DNA of 64,000 nucleotides from Sphaerodactylus townsendi (GCF_021028975.2 NC_059428.1:152148001-152212000); one strand, 5' to 3'. Positions 37,245 to 48,960 are shown, counted from the first letter of the stretch. Notes: a model not told the origin generated them from the sequence alone. Translations and numbers: made by a program.

Positions 37245-38858
37245 TTTCAGCTCTGGTGCTAAGATCTAAACTAAACAACATCAGACTAAATCATTAGTTG
37301 GCATCCACCTTACCTAGAGAATTTTCATTCTGCTTTTCTGATACAGTAGAGATCAGTAACTTTCATATCAAATATCAGTGTACACATTGTGCAGACTGAG
37401 GGCCTAGCTAACCAATCCAGACAAATGCGGGTAACTAAATTTAGACGTGTTATTCAAAATTTAGAAAAGTCATTTCACATGAGAGCTGTTTGGATGCTCT
37501 TTGAAATGCAGCCTCAGTGAATGAATACATTAATATTGATTTGCAGTCCACAGCCAGCAATAGAAAAATTTTAAATAGAAAGTTCCAGTGGCTTTTAAGC
37601 ACACCCAGAAAAAAAGAGTAGTTAATATTGTAGCTCTTAATAACACAGGAAGTCCTCCATCCTCCTGATTTTCTAAATTGGTTTGCCAAAAGGCAAAAAC
37701 TGTGCTATGGATCTAGAGACCCATTGGTCCTTGCCCAGAAGTAGACCATTCTCCTCAACGGTAAGGCATTTGCTTGGCGTGCACAAGGTCCCAGGTTCAG
37801 CCCCAGGTATTTCCAGTTAAAAAGATCAGGAGTAGGTTATGTGAAAGACCTCTGCCTAAGTAGAAAGCTGCTGCTAGTCTTAACAGACAATAAGGACCGT
37901 GACGGCTCGATGGCACGGTTCAGGAATAGGCAGCTTTGTGTGGTGATGAGAAAGCATCTCAGAGAGGTGGGAGGCAGAAGGGAATGGGTTAACCATGCCT
38001 CCCCCCCTCCCCCCCCCTCCCACACACAATTTCACCACTCCAAATGGACCCCTTCCAAAGCAGCATGTCAGGATGATGTCCTGAATATGGAGCGGAAAGA
38101 ACAGGTTCAAAGGCCAGCTTAGCCATGAAGCTCATCGGGTGATTTGGGGTCAGTGCCCCTCTCTCAGCCTAGCCTACCCCACAGAACTGTTGTGAGGATG
38201 AAAACAGAGGCAGGGAGGACCACTTACGTGGCTCGGAGCACCTTGGAAGGAAAGGAGAATAGGAAAGTGGTTCCTGTTTCCCTCTTCTAACGCTTACATG
38301 CACATGTGTAAAATTCAGTGGGGGTTTCTGCTGTGAAGCAGATTCAATTCTTGGGATCTTCAGGACTCTCTTGCACCGATATGGCTGTGTCTTTAACCGG
38401 GCAATCTTAGGCAGAGTAACACCAACCTAATCAAAGCTGTAACTCTGCACAGGACTGTTAAATGCTACCCTAAGTCACAAAACAGCAGCTCCTGTGTATT
38501 TATGGTATCATTTAAAGGGTCCTTTGGTTAGCCTTGGGGCAGCAGACAAAAAGGACATGATTCCAGACTCTGAGTGGGGCATGCATTCCATTTCCTATGG
38601 CTCCTTCACAAAACAAACAAATCCTGCATGAAGAAAGTTAGCACCCCAGCTGAAATACTACCTTTCTGCCTGCAGTGCTGCTGCTCTTACATGCAGGGAG
38701 TTTTGTTTTTTTAACGTGGGAGTCATTTGACCATACAACACCCCCTTGCACATAACCAGAGCCCACAATTCTGCCTCCTGAGTGATGTATCTCTTAGGAG
38801 AACCCAAAGTTTGAAACCAGTCTTCCCCTCTCCTACTTTCCAAGCTTGCTTTGCTTAC

Positions 38859-39040
38859 CTGACCACTGTGGTTCAAGCGCCCCAAGCTTCTTGGCCGTAT
38901 CAGCCCTACCGCCCAGGGGACTGAAGTATTTATAGAGGAGCTCCCAAACTGGCCGCTGGCAAATATTTAGTGGCTGTATTGTAATCGTAGACTCGGTAAA
39001 CAAAACTCTGGTTTGCTTTAGTGCCTGGCAACAAGAGAAC
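38859..39040 (-). promoter_or_regulatory. Candidate PERCC1 core promoter and non-coding exon 1
   Basis: On the minus strand, TATAAATA at 38934-38927 predicts a TSS near 38907-38900. A strong donor CAG|GTAAGC ends the exon at 38859 and can splice to the acceptor at 37266. Upstream are FOX motifs (38959-38968, GTAAACA 38996-39002) and an RFX-like GTGCCTGGCAAC (39021-39032). Confidence 0.65.
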
Positions 39041-40026
39041 ACCGCAGACAAGGAGAAGGCGAGGATGGGAAATAGGGCTCACCTTAATGGCTCACTTCCT
39101 GGGGGATTTTCGAGTGTTATTCCTGCCGATTCACCTATTAGGTCCACAGGCCCAGCTGCCAAGGGGCCCCGCCTGCGTTGACAGAGGGCTCTTATCTCCT
39201 GTGTTGATTTGGAGACTAAATCAAGCCTCGTCAAATAGGCGTAAAATTAAATTTCACGGTATTTTGACTCCAGGAGTAGGCATCATCTTCTGAAGAAAGC
39301 AATGCTCATCCAACAACCTCTATACAAATAAGAGATGCCGGGCCATGGCAGGAGAGGGAGGGAGAGAGAGAATAGCAGCAGAATAGGGTCTTCCAGTTAG
39401 AAACCCATGTGTGAAAATGCTCCATTTTACTAGCAGTACAACTAGACTTTTTTTGGGGTGGGGGGTGTCATTAGCCCTGCTTTCTTAACTAGCAATTACA
39501 AACCCTCCGTTAAATTCCTTCAGCAGGTTTTTAGAGACGAACAAATGTGCTTCTTCGCCTAATGTGCAAAGTTGCTTGCGGAACTCACTGCCACTAGATG
39601 TAGCCATGCCTGCTAATTTAGGGCTCAACCAGACAAGACTCTGGTACCTCCTTTTTTTAAAAAAATGCAGTTATCAGGCATAAGGGGAGGGCGACTCGGA
39701 TTAAAACTGAGACAAGGTCTTAAACATCTCCCCTGCTTATTCCAACCTTATCTTGTTATCTTTTATGTTGGAACTATCAATTAGTACAAAAAAATGCATA
39801 GCAGCCATATTGGGCCGGACCAGTGGTCTACCTAGTCCTGCATCCCATTTCGAAAAGCAGCCAGCCAGATTTCCCTAAAAGGCCTACAGGTGAGGCATGA
39901 AGGTCAAAGCCTCTCCAACTTCTTGCTCCTCCACACACTGGTAGCCACAGGTACACTGCTTCTGGACATTCAGGTTCCATTTAGTCATCATGGCTTCTAG
40001 CTATCAATGGACCTCTCCTGTGTGAA

Positions 40027-40520
40027 TATTTATTTATTCATTTATTGATATTTGGATGTTTAGACCGCCCTCCCCCAGAGGAAAAAAAATACAATACTTT
40101 AAGCATGTCGTCACATTAAAACCATCATAATTAAAACAGTAAAAACAATTAAAGCAGAATATTACTGTAAAATGGGAACTGTATCACAGCAGATGGCAGC
40201 CCAACCCACCCCCCTATCATGCCTACAAGAGGCCTAGATGTAATGGGGTTAAATGGTCAACCCTGCTGGCCAAACGCCTGGCGTAACTGGTCCATTTTGC
40301 AGGGTCCTGGCCTCCCTCCCTGTAAAAGCCCTGGCCCTTGTGGAGGCCAGCTGGATGTCTTTTGGATCAGGGACCTCCAATAGGTTCTCCTCCGAGGAGT
40401 GGAAGGACCTAGCGGGGCAATATGGGGCGACGCGGTCCCTCAAATATGCAGGTCCGAGGCCGCTTATAGCCTTGAAGGTAAAAACCAACACTTTGAACAT
40501 GATCTGGAACTCAATATGTC
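40027..40520 (-). mobile_element. L2-clade LINE 3' fragment
   Basis: Translates FKVLVFTFKAISGLGPAYLRDRVAPY...RARAF; (TAAA)n-like tail at the left end. Confidence 0.8.
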
Positions 40521-40636
40521 TCTTCAAAGTTGGCTGATCTAGTGGCCATCTTGTGACAGTGAGATCCACAAATCAATTTTGTCCATCCCAGGAATCATTT
40601 TATAACATCTTCCCCCTTTCATCAGTTGGTGTAGAG

Positions 40637-40897
40637 CAGGGGTAGGGAACCTGCGGCTCTCCAGATGTTCAGGAACTACAATTCCCATCAGCCCCTACCA
40701 GCATGGCCATTTGGCCATGCTGACAGAGGCTGATGGGAATTGTAGTTCCTGAACATCTGGAGAGCCGCAGGTTCCCTACCCTTGGTGTAGAGCATAGGTG
40801 TCAAACTCGTGGCCCTCCAGATGTTATAACATGCTGGCAGGGGATGATGGGAATTGTAGTCCACAACATCTGGAGGACCGCAAGTTTGACACCTGTA
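40637..40897. mobile_element. Two tandem hAT MITEs (40637-40784 and 40793-40897)
   Basis: Each element is palindromic; GTGTAGAG occurs before, between and after them. Confidence 0.9.
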
Positions 40898-43387
40898 GTG
40901 TAGAGGTACAAAGTATTCTTTGCAAAACTGTTGGCAAGGACCCCCCCCCCCCACTACATTCAGAATTCCACTCCTGCCCCACCCCTCCAGATCTTGGGGA
41001 GCATAGTAAAGTTTTGCAAACCACACACCTTTTTCTTTTTAAGTTGGGGGGGGGAGGGAGAGATAAAAGAGAGAAAAACACCAGGTTTTATCTAAAAGGG
41101 CAATGGTTAATGAACACCTGAAAATCTCTCTCTATCTTTTTTACCTCAATCCATTTCCTGTCTCCGCACTAGGTCCCTAATGGGTTGATAATAATGGTGC
41201 GGCTGGTGCGATTCGCCTTCCTTTCTAATTGATTTATTGGAACTCATTTATATTGTAAATCACAGGTAGCAACCTAATTATTTTATTTATTGAACCTTTA
41301 GGATGTGTTTGCTGCAGAGAAGCTTTGCAGCCATCCTAGGTGTCTGCCCATGTACAAAAAAGAGACACTTTTGGAGCAGCAGGGTACATGTGTTCGAGGG
41401 GTGTGTGTGTATCTCTTGGACAAGCCAGTGTCCTAGAGCCTGCAATTCAAGTTGCAGGGTTGGGGAGAGCCTTCTCTGAGCATGACACAATGCAAAGTCT
41501 GACATAAGGTTTAAGAATGATGGTGGTGCAGGGATAGGCCTGTGGTAGTTCTCCATTCTGCCTCGAGGTGAGCTCCGGAGTGGAGGTGGGGAAACAGTTC
41601 TGGAGTTTTCCTGCTTCATTTAGTTTGAATTGGCGGCGGCGGTGGCAATGATGGCGACAGTTGTGCTGGACACCTATTGGCTAACATCAGTAACGTCACA
41701 CAGACTCATTTCCCCCCTCATTCCATTCCTTGCAGCAGTTTACAGCAGAAATCTATCTCTATATCTGTGTGTATTTAATTATATGCACACACGTTTGAGT
41801 GCAACTGCACCTTGCTGGTGCCACTGGACTCAATTTTTTTTCTGCTGCTTCTGACCAAAATGGCTATCCTCCAGAATCTCTGTCCTATCCTATCCATCTT
41901 ATCTTATTTACCCACCTATTTATCTCCATATATGGGTAATGGATGGATGCAAATAACCATAGGTCCATATGTGCAGCTTTTGAAAAAAAAGAAAGAAAGA
42001 AAAGCAGATGAAAAAGACATGCCTAATGTCTAAGGCATAGGTGTCAAACTCGCGGCCCTCCAGATGTTATGGACTACAGTTCCGATGATCGGAACTGTAG
42101 TCCATAACATCTGGAGGGCCGTGAGTTTGACAGGCAAGACTAAGGAAGCAGCTCCCTGAGACAGCGCTTGACTTGTTGGTATGTACATTTGTAGCATGAA
42201 ATTGAGGTGTCCGTCTGTCACCTCTTCAGACCAAATGGGAGGAGGTCTTGCATTTGTCACTGATCCCATGAAGCCATCTCTACTGAATCAGACCCATCGG
42301 TCCATCAAGGTCAGTATAATCTACTGAGAACGGCAGGGCTCTCCAGGGTCTCAGTTAGAGAGACCTGCTACGTGACCCTTTTACAAGTACATCTCACCTG
42401 CTACGTGACCCTTTTACAAGTAGAGATGCTGGGGGCACAACCTGGGACCTTCTGCATACAAAGCCAGGGCTCTGTCTCTGAGTCATGGTCCATCAATAGC
42501 GTCTTAGGGAGGGTGGCAGTGGTTGTGGCTTAGGCAGGGACCCCAACTTCTTTGTGGTCAAGTGAAAAAGAAAACACTTCTTGTGTATCTTGCTTCTGCA
42601 GTGAACTCACTGCCTTCTCCCCAGCTATCAGTCTTCAAAGCAGGGAGAGTAATGCTTGTTTCTTTTTCACCCATTTCTTCAAGAGACAGGAGTCTAGCAC
42701 CACAGGACCAGAGACCGGAAGGAGTGGCATTTTAAAAGCCAGTCTTTCGTGGTTTGGTTGCTCCAGAGACAGGAGGAAGACACTCATTTTTCCCCAGCCT
42801 TTGGGGCTGAGGGGGCAGTCTTGTCCCTGGCACCCTTCTGCCCTCTGCGCAAGTGACGTGGGGACCCAGCTCCACATGGGAGCACTTAGCCTTCTCCAAA
42901 CATTCTCACTGGCAGCCCTCCTGCCTCAGCAGAGCCTAGCTGGCTCCTTTGCCGGCTCGACAAACAAGTTTTAGATACACAGACAGATCCGAGAGGTAAC
43001 TGATAAGGCGAGGCTGGTCATCAGCCCTCCAATATGCTCGCCTGACGTCACTACCACTTTGCCGCCTCCTCTTGGGACATAAAGGGGAGGGAACGGGATA
43101 CAGATGCAAGACATAGGGGGGACAGGGGGAGGAGAGGCAGGAATATGATGGAAGACGTGTGGTTTACCCAACTCACACCCAAGTGAACAGGCACAGATTA
43201 CATCCCTGCAAAAGAGGACTCCACCTTCAGGCTCCCTCTTCAATTTAGCTCCTCTTTGTCAAATTGCCAGTTTAGTGTTGTTGTTTTGTTCTGTGTATTT
43301 GTTGGTTTGTCTTGGCAAATGGGGCGAGTTTAAGATGAGTGTTTTATTTTAAGACTGCTGTTTCTATTACAGCATTTGAAGAATCTA

Positions 43388-43690
43388 GAAGAAGAAGAAG
43401 AAGAGTTTGGATTTATATTCCCCCTTTCTCTCCTGTAGGAGACTCAAAGGGGCTTACAATCTCCTTGCCCTTCCCCCCTCACAACAACTACCCTGTGAAG
43501 TGGGTGAAGCTGAGAGAGCTCTGAAGAACTGTGACTAGCCCAAGGTCACCTAGGTGGTGTGTGTGGGAGTGCACAGGCTAATCTGAATTCCCCAGATAAG
43601 CCTCCACAGCTCAAGCGGTAGAGCGGGGAATCAAAGCCGGTTCCTCCAGATTAGAATGCACCTGCTCTTAACCACTGCGCCACTGCTGCT
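43388..43690 (-). mobile_element. Squam3-like CORE SINE
   Basis: Reverse-complement full-length copy with (GAA)n tail on the plus strand. Confidence 0.85.
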
Positions 43691-44489
43691 CTTTATACCC
43701 CCCTCTAGGCGAGAGACAGGTATCACGCTCCTCCTTAAAGGATTTAACAATTAGCTAGGAACCCCTTAAATCCTGTGGTCACAGGTGGCTACTTATTCTG
43801 CTGGGCAGGTCTGCCTAGAACTGCCCCCCAGCCTCACTCTCAAAGAAAAGGGAGTCAGGAGTTGAAGGCTGCCCATCCGGAATCCTTCACTTTGTCCAGG
43901 CCATTTGATTATTTATTTTGGAGAGTGCACCACCTCCCAGCCCCTTGACCACACAAGGCAGGGAGTCGGAGCATCTGCTGGGGCATCTGCTTCTGTCAGG
44001 CGGCCCAGGATTTCTCATTTTAAAAAGCACCACTTGTCGATCTGTCAAACCCGGCTTCGGTCTTATCACCATCCCACCAGCTCGGAGGCGGCAAGGGTGC
44101 CTCCGGGCAAGGGGCTGCGGCTTCAGCTCTGCAAGAGGGTTCTGGGCCCTCTCCTTGGTCTCTGCGCAAGGGGGAGAAAAATCAATAGCGGCAATATGTT
44201 AGCACTCCAAGCAAGCAGCGATAATATCGTGCCAGTCATTAACCTCAGGAGCACCCTGGCTCGCCTCTGCCCATTAGAAAGAGCATTAGACAGGAACGTT
44301 CGGTGCGTGTGTATTCACCGGGATCCGTCTCTGGGATAGCTAATGGTGGATCAGACATTTCTGGTCAGGACAGAGCTTGCTTAGAGAAATCATTGCATGT
44401 TGTACTGTTGGACCAAGGCCAGCTGAGTTTTGATTCAATCACCAAGGAACTTACTGATTGGTGGTTCAATCACCAAGGAACACACCAAG

Positions 44490-44858
44490 GGGACTCTCCT
44501 GATGATACCACCCAAGTTAAATGAGGTTTGGTTTAGGGGGTCAAAAGTTATGGACTCCCAAAGGGGGTGCCCCCATCCCCCATTGTTTCCAATGGGAGCT
44601 AATAGGAGATGGGGGCTACACCTTTGAGAGTCCATAACTTTGGACCCCCTAAACCAAACTTCACCCAACCTGGCTGGTATCATCAGGAAAGTCCCCTAAA
44701 GATACCCTGAAATTTTGATGCTGCTGGCCTAAAAACTGCACCCCCTGCAGGCTTAAAACTTAAAAAACACTAAAAAAAACAAAAAACACAAACAAACATG
44801 GGGGGGCAGCAAAACTCAGATTTTGCACCGGGCTCCATTTTCCCTAGCTATGCCTCTG
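44490..44858. mobile_element. Probable hAT non-autonomous element fragment with internal inverted repeat
   Basis: ggtttagggggtcaaaagttatggactc is inverted against gagtccataactttggaccccctaaacc; ends ctagctatgcctctg. Confidence 0.55.
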
Positions 44859-45096
44859 CGCGATTGCAAATGCAACTGTAAATTAACTCCGCCCAGTCGT
44901 GAATGTGCCTCACCACCCTGTGAGGCTGACAAAATATATACCCCACCACGCAATCACTCCACACTGTGTCATGGAGAGAAACGTATCTTTCCGTGACATG
45001 CCTCTGAAGACGGCAGCCATAGATGTAGGCGAAATGTTAGGAGCAAAAACTGCCAGACCACAGTCAAGCTGCCTGGGAAAACCACAACAGTCACAA

Positions 45097-45408
45097 ATCA
45101 GTGGGTACTAGATCCAGTGAAGCCTGAACTGTCACTGGAAGATCAAATATCTAAACTGAGGCTATTTTACTTTGGTCATGTTATGAGAAGTCAAGACTCA
45201 CTGGAAAAGACAATAACGCTACAAAAAGTTGAAGGCGACAGGAAAAGAGGAAGGCCCAGCATGAGAAGGATTGACTTTATAAAGGAAGCCATGGCCCTCA
45301 GTTTGCAAGACCTGAGCAAGGCAGTTAACAATAGGATGTTTTGGAAGTCATTGATTCATATGGTCACCATGAGTCACAAGCAACCTGACAGCACTTAACA
45401 CACAAACA
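45097..45408 (+). mobile_element. Bov-B/RTE LINE 3' end
   Basis: KPELSLEDQISKLRLFYFGHVMR..SLEKTITLQKVEGDRKRGRP C-terminus followed by a CA-rich tail. Confidence 0.88.
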
Positions 45409-46476
45409 TGTTACCGACAGGAAAATAAACAAAATATTTTCCTGAAGTCAGGCTGCCTAGCTACACTGGCTCCATGCCTGGACACGGAGACTTGTGTGGT
45501 TCAGAAGCCTTCATAAGGTTCACAAAGAATGTATATGCATGATTGTGCCAATGCTATATGGTTTCCCTCTTGTTTATGCCTTTCTAGGATGTAATAAAAG
45601 CCCCTTTTAAGTTGAATTTATGATGTGCCTGCAGTTTAGGATGTTAGTTTAGTTAGGTTCTTCAGTTAGTTTAAGGTTTTGTTATTGTTAGATTTAAGAA
45701 AGCCATACCAATAAGTATCTGTAAAGTCTTGCCCATAAGTATAAGTATGTGTGTTTATCCTTTAAGGTTTTCCTACCATTTAAGTTTAGAAATGTTATTT
45801 TTGAAATTTGTGTCTGAGAATAGAAGCAATAGCCAGTTAAGGTCTGATATTAAGTAACAAGGAAGTTGACTCTGGAATGCTGCTTAGACCAACGCCCAGC
45901 CAACCCTTTGATAAGAACAACGACCCTCTTTGGACTTGCTAATCGAATCTGTTGCCAGCACCCAAGGGTCACCCAGCCTTGGAAGATGTCACCCTGTTTT
46001 GCTATTGGACTGTTTGAAGTTTTACTCTCAGGATCCAGAAGCTCATTGGACTGTTCACATCCTTGCTTTCAGGATCCAAGAATTCATTGGTTCATTTAAA
46101 CTTGTCTTTGTCTAACACTCCCAAGGAACCACCTCAGGCAAGAAGGTGCAGGCTTTTGCTTCTGGGATTTGATCTCATCAGCATGTGCAAAGAGATTGTT
46201 TTCTCCCTTTGGTGTTATATTTTCTCTGTATTAGATGGAAGGAGACCGCCCCCTTCCTGGGTTTTGCACTGTGGGGGTGGGACTGCCCTACACCCCTTTT
46301 CTGGGAAATGTATAAAAGGGGCTGAGGTACAGCCATGTGGGGTTCCTTTTGCTGAGCTGTGCCAAGAAATCACTTGCAATAAAATCCTTTATGCTTTGAA
46401 GAAACGCCTGCTCCCTGCGCCTCATTAAGTTGCTGAGCTGAAATCACTTATTGTTACCTGGCAAATCGCGGTAACA
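45409..46476 (+). mobile_element. Solo LTR (1068 bp)
   Basis: TGTTACCG...CGGTAACA termini, 4-bp TSD AACA, TATAAAAG at 46311 and AATAAA at 46378. Confidence 0.88.
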
Positions 46477-47435
46477 AACACACACAACAAGGTATAAGAA
46501 AACCCAACAAAATCATAAACACAGCAACATCAGAACCAACAAGATTATAGCGAACCACAGAACTCCATCATAAATCTGAGCCCATAAAAACAGCACTGAA
46601 CAACATTTAGCAGGTATATATGTAAAAGAAGCAGCTAAAAGAACAGAACGCTTCAGCCTGTGTCAAAAGCAGTATGCTTAAAAGGACACTGAAATGTGCC
46701 AGGAGAGCGGCCAAGGGGAATGCTTTCCAAAGAGGAAGTGTCACCACTACAAAGGCCCAGTTTTGGTTCACCATCCCCCCCACTTCTGCAGATAGTGGAA
46801 CAAAAAGCAGTCTTTTGGAAGACTGTTAATACACCAACATCCCCCATAAAGATAGTCACAGCCGGTACCACAGCATCTCTGACTGCCAAGTGTCCCTTGC
46901 CCACAGTGACTTAAGATCTGGTAACAGCTTTGTTTTCAGATCAACAGCGGGGTCCCTGGTGGCCAACAGTGTTGCCAACCTCCAGGTGGAGCCTGGATGA
47001 TGGGGTTTGGGGGAGGAACTCAGCAAGAACATTGTGTCACTATAGGACATCCTTTTCTCTTAGACTCTATGGAATACCCATCCTCCAAAGCTGCCATGTC
47101 CTTCTGGGGAAAAGAGCTCTGTATTCTGGACAACCCCAGACCTCACCTGGAGGTTTCTGTGCAAAAGCCGATCTTGCCCCACACCCTTTCTAAAAACACT
47201 TGGTATGTGCCAGAAAAGGTGTCAGCGGGCACTGTGCTGGAGACCTTGATGCTCAATATTCCCATATAGTTTGCCTGACGAAGCTGCCATGTCCTCCAAA
47301 GGAACTGATCTCTGTAGATTTGGGGTGGGGTGGGGGAAACACTTGTAATTCTGGGATAACTCTAGGTCTCAGTGGAGGGTGGCAACCCTGCGCAGAACTC
47401 AAACAAAGCTTGTTGGCCTGAGAACTCTGCTTTTA

Positions 47436-47710
47436 GGTGTTGTGGGGTTTCTGGGCTGTATGGCCTGTAAATATACCTGTGAAATGTCCAGGGTGGGAGA
47501 AAGACTAAAGGGGCTCGTGTATACATTTCTTTCTTGCATCCTGGACATTCCACAGGTATATATATACTTGCTTTACTGCCATCAGATCCTCTGAAGATGC
47601 CAGCCACAGATGCAGGCGAAACGTCAGGAGAAAATGCTACTGGAACACGGCCATACAACCCGGAAAACCCACAACACTCTAGTGATTCCGGCTGTGAAAG
47701 CCTTTGACAA
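47436..47710 (+). mobile_element. Penelope-like element terminal repeat with inverted arm
   Basis: gtgttgtggggtttctgggctgtatggcc (~47437) is inverted against ggccatacaacccggaaaacccacaacac (~47649); contains a hammerhead core. Confidence 0.78.
47587..47629 (+). ncRNA. Minimal type I hammerhead ribozyme motif (Penelope-associated)
   Basis: tcct-CTGAAGA-t-gcc...ggc-GAAA-cg-TC-agga: stem I tcct/agga, stem II gcc/ggc, palindromic ACGT as stem III. Confidence 0.7.
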
Positions 47711-48159
47711 TAACTCTACTTTTGTCTGTGCCATTGTTCACAAACTGCCTGGATTGCCTGCCTTTGAGCTTATGGAAAGTGGCTCCAATGAGCAGTACTA
47801 TGCCAGTCAGCTGTAGAGTCGCCATGACAGCCCATCTCCAGAGATGACAGGAAGCTTTTCCTAAGGAAAATATGGCTGCTTTTGGAAAGTGGCCTCTTGG
47901 TCATCATACCTGGCTCAGGTCCCTCTCCAGGAAGCGGGCAGCCCCAGTCAGCTGAGAGGGGGAACAAAGATTACTTCTTTAGGGCAGTGTATATGGGGTC
48001 AAACTTGGCATTCTCCTCATGCTTGTCACCTCACAAGTTCTGGGGCTGAGCAAGGCCTCTAGAGTCAGGAGAGGGCCAATTGCCAACAAAAGGTTGTCAA
48101 CTCCGGATCTGGAGGTCAGCTGTAATTCTAGCAAGCCTCCAGGGCCCATTGGGAAGCTG

Positions 48160-48960
48160 GCATGACTCCGCTCGTAGAGTGGAACTACAACTTTCCACGG
48201 CGGGAAGGAGGACGCGGCCTCGCAGGGCTCGGGGCAAAGAGCCGGCACTCGACTGAGGCGACGACTACAACTCCCAGAGTGCACCGCGCTCGCCCAAGCC
48301 GCCGTTCTTGGAGAGTCGGCGCTGCCACTTCCGTCGGCGGGAGGCGGGGAGAAAAAAAAAGGAAGTGACAGAGAGCGGAGAAGACGACGACGACAGCGGC
48401 AGCCGCTGTGGCATCCCTCCACCTCCCCCCCCCCGTTTTTTTCCTCCCGTCGTGCTTTGGGACAGTCCGCGAGACGAGAGCCGATCACCCGCCGCCGGGG
48501 CTCGCGCCGCAACCCCCCCATCCCCCCGGTTTCCAAGGAGACGCGGAGTCCTCCCTCGCGGCCGCGTCTTTCACCCGCCGCCGCGGCCATCATGTCGGCC
48601 CAGGCCCAGATGCGGGCGCTGCTCGATCAGCTGATGGGCACGGCTCGGGACGGTGAGTAGCGGCCTGCAGGAAGGACTGGAGGAAGGAAGGAAGGAAGCG
48701 AGGCCCAGACGCGGGCCATAGGCCGAGGCGAGTCGGCTGCGAGGCCCGCGTCGACCGCTGTTCTCCAACCGTGTGCCCACCCAATCGCTTCGCGCCAAGG
48801 GTCGGCGGCCGGAGCTCGAGGAGCACTCTGTGCGTGCTCAGGGGCGCTATCGCCTTGCTAGGTCCCCGTGGAGGATAGCCACTTGGCACGTGCGCAAAGG
48901 CGCTAAAACTTGTCTGCTTGCTGGGACACCCTCGCTCAGACACTGTGCGGAGACGCTGCT
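48160..48960 (+). promoter_or_regulatory. LUC7L CpG-island promoter with ZNF143/THAP11-type and ETS motifs
   Basis: CpG-dense stretch around exon 1. ACTACAACTCCCAGAGTGCACCGC at 48264-48287 and ACTACAA at 48184; CACTTCCG near 48326 and GGAAGTG at 48361. No TATA box seen. Confidence 0.85.

Noticed and set aside
37755-37830. tRNA-like sequence (similar ones near 33360, 42430 and 63375)
   Set aside because: No complete cloverleaf, and it continues into a shared repeat body; a tRNA-derived SINE head.
47979-48593. 204-aa antisense ORF at the LUC7L promoter
   Set aside because: Typical CpG-island artefact; runs through promoter motifs with no recognisable domain.
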